From the NCBI GenBank assembly GCA_913063435.1, contig CAJXYI010000005.1:4878-68877 (forward strand): a stretch of 64,000 nt of DNA, given 5' to 3'. Source of the DNA: an uncultured Actinomycetales bacterium (GTDB lineage: Bacteria > Actinomycetota > Actinomycetes > S36-B12). The notes under the pieces are model-generated. The model was given only the letters and a program-made list of their open reading frames with translations. It did not search any database and had not been told where the DNA came from. Positions 57,171 through 64,000 of this stretch are shown here, in pieces. Position 1 is the first letter of the stretch, and each line of letters opens with the position of its first letter. A program made the position numbers and the translations under genes.

Positions 57171-58544
57171 ATGACACATTCTCGACCTCGGTTCACCGGC
57201 GCTGTCGCCGCAGCAGCGACCCTCGCCCTCGCGGGTGCGCTGCTCTATGCACCGGCATCATCAGCAGATGAACCGCGAGTGGGGGTGTCCGCACTGACCC
57301 AGGTGTCCTCCCATGATGTCTTCGGCCGCTCAGCCGATATCGATTCATCGGTCCAGCCCGACACCCGGATGATGTCGGTCAATCCGCTGATTCCGCAGGC
57401 GTCGCTGATCTATGCGGCCCGAGAGCCGACGCGCCGGAATCCCTTCATTCGCTATGGCACCGCATTCCCAATCCCGCGTGCTTTCGACCGAGTCGCGGTC
57501 GATCCCATGGGTCGTTGGGCGGCTTATGTCGAGCAGGGAACGACCGGTGCGATGATCGCGTCCAGGATCCATCGCTCTGCGACGACGCGCAATGTGGAGG
57601 TGGCGACCCAGGCCAACCCGATCGACATCGTTGCCACGCCGAATGGACGATTCGCGGTCGTGTTATCCAATCCAGATGGCCGGATCGGTATCGACGTCCT
57701 CGATATCGCAAACGGAACGCGGTTGCGCTCGGCATCACTCGATCTCGGTGGCAGTGCAACCGCCATTGCGGTCTCTGCTGACAGTCGACGCATCTTCATC
57801 GTGACACCAACCAGTAACCGTGGATCTGCCGTGTGGCAGGCCCGCATCGCGAATCCGGCGGCACCGACATCTTGGGCACTGCCGGAATGGTTCGATCGCG
57901 ATCTGTCGCTGGCTGCATCGGCTGATGGCGACTACCTCGCCGTCGGTTCGCCCACTCGCCACCAGGTGGCTGTGTTGAATGCGCGTACCGGTGATGTCAT
58001 CACCGTGCAGGATTTGGCGGGGCGTCCGGGTCCGAACGGGACGTTGGTCGAGACGTTGCCGCTGAGCGGGGCTGTCGTGGCGTCGGGAACGCAGCCTTCT
58101 CTCACTCTGCTGGAACCCGATCGCAGATTCCGAGCACAGGGTGCCGCAACCATCGATCTGCCATTCCCACCGCTGGTGTTGAGCGTGAACGGTCAGGGGA
58201 CAGTCGTATACGCCCTGGGTTCACCCGAAGGTGCCGAACTCGGTCGACGCATTCTGTTCATCGATACCGGTTTGGATCCGAATCCCTCGCTGCGGGCGAA
58301 CGCGCGTCGCTCCGGCGACCGCGTGAAGGTGACCGGATCTGTCCGTGACATCGCGCCGGGAACTCCGGTTCTCATTCAGTGGCGTGAGCGCAATTCGGGT
58401 GCCGACTGGACTCGCGTGTACCCCAAGCCCGTCGTCGCACCGGATGGAACCTTTAGTTGGCGCGGTTTCGTCGGGACGGGTCGCTTCAATATCAAGGTGT
58501 CGGCGATCGGTGCGAAGGATCGTGCATCCGTTCGGATCAGATGA
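57171..58544 (+). CDS. secreted beta-propeller-repeat protein
   Basis: Signal peptide (AVAAAATLALAGALLYAPASSA). Repeated segments of the type IDIVATPNGRFAVVLSN / ATAIAVSADSRRIFIVTP resemble YVTN-like blades. Confidence 0.55.
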   Translation: MTHSRPRFTGAVAAAATLALAGALLYAPASSADEPRVGVSALTQVSSHDVFGRSADIDSSVQPDTRMMSVNPLIPQASLIYAAREPTRRNPFIRYGTAFPIPRAFDRVAVDPMGRWAAYVEQGTTGAMIASRIHRSATTRNVEVATQANPIDIVATPNGRFAVVLSNPDGRIGIDVLDIANGTRLRSASLDLGGSATAIAVSADSRRIFIVTPTSNRGSAVWQARIANPAAPTSWALPEWFDRDLSLAASADGDYLAVGSPTRHQVAVLNARTGDVITVQDLAGRPGPNGTLVETLPLSGAVVASGTQPSLTLLEPDRRFRAQGAATIDLPFPPLVLSVNGQGTVVYALGSPEGAELGRRILFIDTGLDPNPSLRANARRSGDRVKVTGSVRDIAPGTPVLIQWRERNSGADWTRVYPKPVVAPDGTFSWRGFVGTGRFNIKVSAIGAKDRASVRIR

Positions 58545-58747
58545 TGTCATGCACATCGAGTGACACCATTGGGCGAGGGTCACGGTCAATGATCATCTGT
58601 GAACTGATTGGTATCCGGTCGCTAGCCGTTCGTGAACCGAACGTCAGCCAATCGTGAGTCGGTCAATGTAGGCATCCGAACCGCTCTGCCCTGGTTTTCC
58701 CGCGCATCGTCGAAGGCGCACCACACCTTCGATGCAGGGAGTAGTCA

Positions 58748-59617
58748 ATGACTCAGGACAATGCGACGGGCAGGTATCGACGCCGTCGTGTCGGCAGGCG
58801 TTCAGCATGGGCGACGAGCGCAACGGGATTCGCGAGCGCCGTTGCGCTATCGGCATTCATGCTGGTGCCGGGCACGGCGGCTGCCGCAGACGATGCCGAG
58901 GCGCGCATAGGGTGTTGCCCACCCAAGCCGACGACCACGGTCACCCAGACGGTGACGGCAACGGCAACGGCGACCCAGACCACGACAGCGACGGCAACCC
59001 AGACCACCACGGCAACCGCGACAGCTACGGAGACGGTGACGGCCTCACCCACGGTCACCCCGACGGTGACCGAGACCGCTACGGAAACGACAACGGCGAC
59101 CGCCACTGCGACCGAGACGACAACGGCAACGGCGACGGCTACCGAAACCGTGACGTCCGAGCCGACCGTGACACCCACGGTTACCTCGACGGTGACGAAT
59201 GTGATCGTCGTTCCCGGCCCGGGTGTCACGGTCACCTCGACGGTGACCGGCGAACCGACGGCGACCCCCACGGTGACGGAAACGGTCACCATCACACCGT
59301 CTCCCGGGGAAACGACCGTGACTCCGTCGCCGGGAACGACATCACCGACGGCGACACAAACCACGGTGACTCCATCCCCGGGTACGACATCACCGTCACC
59401 GGGGGAGACCACGGTGACCCCGTCCCCTGGTCAAACCACGACATCGCCGGGAACGGTGATCGTGACCCCTGCCTCGGGCACTGTGCCCACGGGTGTGGCT
59501 GCGGGTGGCGGATTGCCGACCGAGCCAGGCAAGCCCCTGATCGGCTGGCTTGCGGCAGCCGCTGCCCTTGCCGTGGGTTTCCTGGGTCTGCGATCGGCAT
59601 TGGCATCGCGGATGTGA
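58748..59617 (+). CDS. Thr-rich repetitive surface protein with C-terminal membrane anchor
   Basis: The frame was chosen for its signal peptide (SAVALSAFMLVPGTAAA) and C-terminal GLPTEPGKPLIGWLAAAAALAVGFLGLRSALASRM. The central part consists of (T-A/V/E-T)n repeats. A sortase gene follows. Confidence 0.55.
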   Translation: MTQDNATGRYRRRRVGRRSAWATSATGFASAVALSAFMLVPGTAAAADDAEARIGCCPPKPTTTVTQTVTATATATQTTTATATQTTTATATATETVTASPTVTPTVTETATETTTATATATETTTATATATETVTSEPTVTPTVTSTVTNVIVVPGPGVTVTSTVTGEPTATPTVTETVTITPSPGETTVTPSPGTTSPTATQTTVTPSPGTTSPSPGETTVTPSPGQTTTSPGTVIVTPASGTVPTGVAAGGGLPTEPGKPLIGWLAAAAALAVGFLGLRSALASRM

Positions 59618-59677
59618 CCGCGGCGGCAACTGCGCCTAGCAATTGACCTGATTCCTATCCATAAGGAGGACGTCATC

Positions 59678-60490
59678 GTGGCTGGATCGTCTGGCGATCA
59701 CACGACCACGCCCTTCGGCCATGGGACCCGTGGTCGCCGCCGTCGCCATCTGGTGACGGCGGCGGCCGGGTTCGTGGTCGCAGGCGCACTCATCATCGGC
59801 ACGAACACATCATCGGCGGTGCCATCAGCGACGCACTATGACTCCTGGCTGTCGAGTGCCTGGAACCTCACACCGCTCCAGCAACTGCAGGATCCTCGAC
59901 AGCGTGACGCTGCTGTTGAACAACGTCCCGAGCAGGTGGCGACCCGAGCGAATACCAACGATGATCTCGACCGACCGGAACGCTCGGAACCAAACCGTGA
60001 CGTGGCCGAAGATGAAGCGGTGGTTGTATCCGGAGAAAAGCCCACGTCGGTGTCGATTCCTTCCATGGGTGTGCAGGCTCCGGTGATTCCGGTTGGTCTC
60101 GATGATGGAGGCGGGGTCTTCGTTCCCGAGGATGTGCGCACCCTGGGCTGGTACACCGCGAGTGTCCCTGTCGCTGCTGATCAAGGATCGGCGGTGATCG
60201 TCGGGCATCGTGATTCCGCGGCACAGGGTGCGGGTGCGTTTTCGGGAATCGAGAACCTCGCGGCGGGTGAGGTGATCGAAGTCGCGACCGGAGATGGTGC
60301 CAAGGAGACCTACACCGTGCAGGAGATTCGCCTGGTGGCCAAATCGGACTTCGCATCGATCGCGAACGAAGCCTTCGCGATGAACGGTGAGCATCGCCTG
60401 ACCTTGATCACATGTGGTGGTGCCTTCGATTCTGCTGCGGGCAGCTACCTGTCGAATGTGTTCGTGATCGCTACCCCGAGCACGACTTGA
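59678..60490 (+). CDS. sortase (class F-like)
   Basis: N-terminal TM anchor. Active-site His is in AVIVGHRDS and Cys is in RLTLITCGG. Confidence 0.8.
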   Translation: MAGSSGDHTTTPFGHGTRGRRRRHLVTAAAGFVVAGALIIGTNTSSAVPSATHYDSWLSSAWNLTPLQQLQDPRQRDAAVEQRPEQVATRANTNDDLDRPERSEPNRDVAEDEAVVVSGEKPTSVSIPSMGVQAPVIPVGLDDGGGVFVPEDVRTLGWYTASVPVAADQGSAVIVGHRDSAAQGAGAFSGIENLAAGEVIEVATGDGAKETYTVQEIRLVAKSDFASIANEAFAMNGEHRLTLITCGGAFDSAAGSYLSNVFVIATPSTT

Positions 60491-61226
60491 CCACGGCGCG
60501 AACCCCTGCGCGGTCACCGGCTCCGAGCTCGGTGCGACGCACCACGGTGGGGTGCATGACGTTCTCGGTGCGCTCTGCGTGACCGAGGCCGAAGACATGA
60601 CCGAGTTCGTGCAGGTACAACCCCTTCAACGCTCGGCCGTCGACTTTGCTGAGTTTGCGCACGTGGCGGGCACGAAAGAGTGCGACGCCGCCGATGACTT
60701 CGCGTTCGGCGACGCTCACCCGTGCCGGCATGGCCAGGCCGGCGACGGGGTCGACCATGAGCGGATCCACACCTTCGCGCACAAACGAGATATACACGTG
60801 CCGATCACGCTGGACTGTCCCATCGGCCGGGTGGAGCGTGTGACTTACCGGATCCAGGCGCAGCCGTTCCCGACCGGTGAAGCGCACCCGCAGATCCCCC
60901 GCTCGTGCCCACTGCCGCATCGACCAGCGCACCCGCTTGATCTCACGCTTGCGTTGAGCCCGACGTAGGGCCCGCACGTCGATCGAATAGGTGATGGGGC
61001 CAGCGCAGGTCGTCCAGCCGGTGCCCTCGAGGGCGCTGTCGGCGAAGAACGAGCGGTAGTCGGCGGCGATCCGGGGGGTGTTTGTCGCCTGGGCTGGGCT
61101 GTCGCCTCCGGCGGGAGTCAGCCCGATCATGAGGATCGCGGCCAGGGCGACGACTACTGCGACGAGGAACCCCCGGCCCCGACGTCGATAATCGGACATA
61201 TGTCTTAATGCGGTCAATTCGGTCAT
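60471..61226 (-). CDS. matrixin-like (M10) zinc metalloprotease
   Basis: Metzincin motif LHELGHVFGLGH with an N-terminal signal/anchor. The start could instead be the ATG at 61199. Confidence 0.75.
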   Translation of the reverse strand: MTELTALRHMSDYRRRGRGFLVAVVVALAAILMIGLTPAGGDSPAQATNTPRIAADYRSFFADSALEGTGWTTCAGPITYSIDVRALRRAQRKREIKRVRWSMRQWARAGDLRVRFTGRERLRLDPVSHTLHPADGTVQRDRHVYISFVREGVDPLMVDPVAGLAMPARVSVAEREVIGGVALFRARHVRKLSKVDGRALKGLYLHELGHVFGLGHAERTENVMHPTVVRRTELGAGDRAGVRAVVKSCSG

Positions 61227-61310
61227 ATGAACAGTGTAGGTTCGAATATGACCGGTCAGATGTGGTCTGCGTCACGTCGATGCCGACTGAATCCGGGAGA
61301 AGATGAACCT

Positions 61311-61910
61311 GTGCCGCTTGAGTGTTCGGTCCGTGCGGCTGAACCCAGCGACGCGGGGCGCGTGGCTGATGCTCTCGAGGAAGCATCCGGCGGGCTGATG
61401 TCGACGATGCTCGGTGGTCGTTGGCGGGAGGTGCTCGTCAAGGTTGTTCTCACGCCCGGGCACGAGATGTCAATCGAGACAGCGCGAATCGCGATGGTGG
61501 GTGATGCGCCGGTCGGAGTGGCAGTCAGTTGTGCTGCGGGCACGCCTGCTGTTGATGAGGCCCTGGAGCAGTTGGCGGGCCGCTCACTGCCGAGGTTGGC
61601 CTTCTTCAGTGCCCTGGCACGCCCGGTTCTGCGTTTTATGTCCCGGCACAAATCTGGGGATTGGCATCTGACGGCCCTTGGCGTCGATGAATCCCGTCGC
61701 GGTGAAGGTATCGGTTCGGTGCTGTTAAGCGACACTCACCAGCGCGCTGTCGCTCACGGTGCGACAGCTCTCACCCTCGATGTCGATACGTCTAATGACG
61801 GCGCCCGCCGACTCTATGAGCGACTCTGTTTCGTGGAGACTGAACGTTCGGGTCGGGCCTGGCTGATCGGCGGCGCACAGGTCGCCCGGATGAACCTCGC
61901 TCTTGCCTGA
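61311..61910 (+). CDS. GNAT family N-acetyltransferase
   Basis: The acetyl-CoA site is LGVDESRRGEGIGSVLL...ARRLYERLCF. The GTG at 61311 is preceded by GGGAGAAG. The ORF-track start at 61227 abuts the divergent gene with no spacer. Confidence 0.7.
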   Translation: MPLECSVRAAEPSDAGRVADALEEASGGLMSTMLGGRWREVLVKVVLTPGHEMSIETARIAMVGDAPVGVAVSCAAGTPAVDEALEQLAGRSLPRLAFFSALARPVLRFMSRHKSGDWHLTALGVDESRRGEGIGSVLLSDTHQRAVAHGATALTLDVDTSNDGARRLYERLCFVETERSGRAWLIGGAQVARMNLALA

Positions 61911-62105
61911 TCAGCTCGACTTTGCGAAGGAAACAACCACTTTCAACGCGGGCAATCCCGTCATTTCGTTCGCAAACTCAGCAGCATTGCGGCTACCCCT
62001 GGATCGCGGACCGGGTCACTGTACCTCGATTGCCGGCGCGCTCGCTGCCACGCGCACGACCGAGCCGATCGGGACTACTACCTCGCCAAGGCCAGGCTCC
62101 GCTAG

Positions 62106-62345
62106 GTGCGAGTCATCGAGGAAGTGTGCGGGTTGCTGATTAGCTACCTCGGAGACCATCCCTGCGACGACTGCGGAATCACGGACATCAGAGTGTTGGA
62201 ATTCGACCATGCAGACCCATCAGCGAAGCGGCTCCCCGTATCCGTCCTTGCGCGATGTGGGTACAGCCTGATGGCGGTGAAGGAGGAGATTGGGAAGTGC
62301 GACGTCAGGTGCGCGAATGGCTATCGGATCCGGACACACGATCAA
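62106..62345 (+). pseudogene. HNH-endonuclease-like remnant
   Basis: HPCDDCGITDIRVLEFDHADPSAK...KCDVRCANGYRIRT resembles small actinobacterial HNH proteins (C..CG...LEFDH...C.V.CANCHR). The CANCH motif is degraded, the N-terminus is cut by an in-frame stop, and the frame runs into a tRNA gene. Confidence 0.3.
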
Positions 62346-62359
62346 TGTGGCTGGTGGGG

Positions 62360-62432
62360 CGCGCCCGAAGGGATTCGAACCCCTAACCTTCTGATCCGTA
62401 GTCAGATGCTCTATCCGTTGAGCTACGGGCGC
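62360..62432 (-). tRNA. tRNA-Arg (anticodon ACG)
   Basis: The reverse complement reads GCGCCCGTAGCTCAACGGATAGAGCATCTGACTACGGATCAGAAGGTTAGGGGTTCGAATCCCTTCGGGCGCG. Anticodon loop is CTACGGA. No CCA is encoded. Confidence 0.9.
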
Positions 62433-62504
62433 TGGGAACCGCGGTGGGTAACGATACCCCCTGCCAGGATGCGCATCCGCCCCCGGTGGGCCACACTCAG
62501 CCAC

Positions 62505-62954
62505 ATGGATCAGTCCGGGAGCCCGCTGCTCAGTCGACGCGATGCCCTCAAGGCTGCGGCCGGCCTATGTGGCATCGCGCTGGTCGCTGCGGGGGCATCG
62601 ACCGCACAGGCGGCCCCAGCTCCAAGCAACGCGATCAGACAGCTCAACGATGGACGGGTTCGAGTGCGGTTGGGCAAGGTACCGGCACTGAAGACGGTCG
62701 GCGGAGTGGCCACGATCGGCAACGTCCGCGGGGTGCCTACTGCGATCGTGCGCATCAGTCGCAGGAAGTACAAGGCCCTGGACCTGCGGTGCACGCATCA
62801 GGGTTTCACCGTGACCGAGACATCATCGGGATGGCGGTGCCCGGCACACGGATCGACTTTCACCGAGAAGGGTGCGAAGGTAGCCGGCCCGGCGGCTGGA
62901 CCGCTGCGAAGGGTGAAGGCTCGCCGTAAGCGCGGCGCCCTCTTCGTCGGCTAG
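62505..62954 (+). CDS. Tat-exported Rieske [2Fe-2S] domain protein
   Basis: The Tat signal is SRRDALKAAAGLCGIALVAAGASTAQA. Rieske ligands are CTHQG...CPAHGS. This is the C-terminal part of the artificial 62106-62954 ORF. Confidence 0.75.
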   Translation: MDQSGSPLLSRRDALKAAAGLCGIALVAAGASTAQAAPAPSNAIRQLNDGRVRVRLGKVPALKTVGGVATIGNVRGVPTAIVRISRRKYKALDLRCTHQGFTVTETSSGWRCPAHGSTFTEKGAKVAGPAAGPLRRVKARRKRGALFVG

Positions 62955-63072
62955 GCCACTGCCTGGGCGCACATTCTTTTCCCGCGGTGTAGGGGCAGCG
63001 TCTAGGACGGAGACGACGGTAGAGCCAACGGTCTGCGCGCAAGGGCAGGCGCTTGTCGGGGGTCGATGTCGG

Positions 63073-63172
63073 CAAACGCTCGGTAAATGGCCGCTATATC
63101 CGCAAACGCTGGGTAGATGGCGGCCGCTTGGCCGGCGTTTGGCTTTCTAGCGACCAGTTAGCCGGCGTTTGG
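63073..63172. repeat. REP-like interspersed repeat, copy E
   Basis: CAAACGCTCGGTAAATGGCCGC...GCAAACGCTGGGTAGATGGCGGCCGCTTGGCCGGCGTTTGG...AGCCGGCGTTTGG. Confidence 0.75.
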
Positions 63173-63217
63173 GTGAGATCGACGAACGCCCACCCCCTAC
63201 GGGGGCACATGTCGTCG

Positions 63218-63235
63218 ATGGCGGAGGCGGAGGGA
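63218..63235. repeat. 18-nt direct duplicate of the tRNA-Ser 3' end (att-like scar)
   Basis: ATGGCGGAGGCGGAGGGA at 63218-63235 is identical to 63321-63338, which is the 3' end of the tRNA-Ser gene including the encoded CCA. Spacing is 103 bp. Confidence 0.75.
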
Positions 63236-63321
63236 GCCGTCGTGACCTGCGGTCACTCCTCCCAAATCCCGCGCATTCGATATTCAGGGAATACGACCCC
63301 TGCGGGGCCCTATTCCCTGAA

Positions 63322-63415
63322 TGGCGGAGGCGGAGGGATTTGAACCCTCGATGGGGTTTTAGCCCCAAACCCGCTTAGCAGGCGGGCGCCATAGACCGGA
63401 CTAGGCGACGCCTCC
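63322..63415 (-). tRNA. tRNA-Ser (anticodon GCU), CCA encoded
   Basis: The reverse complement reads GGAGGCGTCGCCTAGTCCGGTCTATGGCGCCCGCCTGCTAAGCGGGTTTGGGGCTAAAACCCCATCGAGGGTTCAAATCCCTCCGCCTCCGCCA. It has a long variable arm and anticodon loop CTGCTAA. Confidence 0.9.
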
Positions 63416-63478
63416 GTGCCGGCGAACCGGCCCAGACAGGCTACCGGAGCGCACCCCGAACCGGCACACTGATGTGCC

Positions 63479-64000
63479 GTGACCACCGACTTCGACCCCT
63501 CCGCCGGTTCATCTGAGCACTCCACGTCCACCCTCGTCGTCGACTGCGGGGGCGGGGGATTCAAAGCGACCGTCTTCGACGAGTCCGGCACCATGCGCGC
63601 CCAGCCCATCCGAGTCCCCACCCCCTACCCGCTGCCGCCGACTCGATTCGTCGACACGATCGTCGAGATGGCCGGCACCCTTCCCCCGGCCGATCGGGCC
63701 AGCATCGGACTGCCCGGCATGATCCGTCACGGAGTCGTCATCACCACTCCGCACTACGTCACCGCACGAGGCCCACGTAGTCGGGTCAAGCCTGAACTCG
63801 TCGCGCAGTGGCATGGTTTCGATGCTCGAACGGCACTTGCCGGGGCGCTCGATGTGCCCACCCTGGTGCTCAACGATGCGGAGTTCCACGCCGCCGGAGT
63901 GGTCGCGGGCCAGGGACTCGAACTCGTCCTCACCCTCGGGACGGGACTGGGCTGCGCGCTATTCGATGGCGGTCGCCTCGCGCCGCACCTCGAACTATCG
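63479..64000 (+). CDS. ROK-family sugar kinase-like protein (5' partial, runs off the window)
   Basis: This frame is open from the GTG at 63479 to the window end and is not in the ORF track because it has no stop. I translated it by hand: STLVVDCGGGGFKATVFDESG..., LPGMIRHGVV, VLNDAEFHAAG, LTLGTGLGCALF. Confidence 0.6.
   Translation, partial: MTTDFDPSAGSSEHSTSTLVVDCGGGGFKATVFDESGTMRAQPIRVPTPYPLPPTRFVDTIVEMAGTLPPADRASIGLPGMIRHGVVITTPHYVTARGPRSRVKPELVAQWHGFDARTALAGALDVPTLVLNDAEFHAAGVVAGQGLELVLTLGTGLGCALFDGGRLAPHLELS

Noticed and set aside
58732-59646. Alternative frames through the Thr-rich repeat (304-aa DGDGNG frame on +, 219-aa VAVAV frame on -)
   Set aside because: These ORFs are open only because of the periodic ACS-rich DNA. 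They lack a signal peptide and anchor, whereas the 58748 frame has both and is followed by a sortase gene.
62106-62954. Single 282-aa ORF
   Set aside because: It reads straight through the tRNA-Arg gene on the opposite strand. I split it into an HNH-like remnant (5' part) and a Tat-signal Rieske protein starting at 62505.
1-64000. Search for prophage, IS element, integrase or defence-island content
   Set aside because: No transposase, integrase, capsid, terminase or cas-like translation was seen in any frame. The only mobility hints are the tRNA 3'-end duplicates, the REP-flanked cassette and the HNH remnant, all reported above.

Overview
High-GC actinobacterial chromosomal window. I saw no rRNA, transposase, integrase, phage genes or CRISPR array. 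Product calls come from motifs I recognise in the supplied ORF translations; no database search was run. Starts were refined by codon counting from the ORF-track coordinates, which include the stop codon.

Most of the window is core metabolism and housekeeping:
- the heat-shock regulon dnaK-grpE-dnaJ-hspR plus clpB
- dcd
- xfp-ackA (phosphoketolase and acetate kinase)
- a CitE / acyl-CoA dehydrogenase / CoA-transferase / GntR operon
- ndh, mmsA, a peroxiredoxin, a HelD-like helicase and an L,D-transpeptidase
- DsbB, and a sortase with a Thr-rich surface protein
- three tRNAs: Gly-CCC, Arg-ACG and Ser-GCU

The standout is an ~11 kb two-operon locus at 3167-14231 that looks like an uncharacterised RiPP biosynthetic cluster.
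- The minus-strand operon starts with an 84-aa Nif11-like precursor whose Ala/Pro/Val-rich core has no Cys. A hairpin follows it, then YcaO, an unusually long TfuA, an HprK-like protein with a degenerate P-loop, and a PAPS-type sulfotransferase.
- The divergent plus-strand operon encodes a prolyl-4-hydroxylase-like 2OG oxygenase, a HlyD-like adaptor, a C39-peptidase ABC exporter and a second ABC exporter. The three export genes match the NHLM/Nif11 export layout.
- The predicted product is a thioamidated, possibly hydroxylated and/or sulfated, leader-cleaved exported peptide.

Non-coding oddities:
- A 30-bp-arm perfect palindrome occurs twice, with a compensatory arm substitution between copies.
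- A 9 x 15 bp tandem repeat sits in the dnaK 5' leader.
- A REP-like interspersed repeat family has five copies, two of which flank a single gene as 105-bp direct repeats.
- Short duplicates of the tRNA-Gly and tRNA-Ser 3' ends lie about 100 bp downstream of each gene, with homologous spacers.
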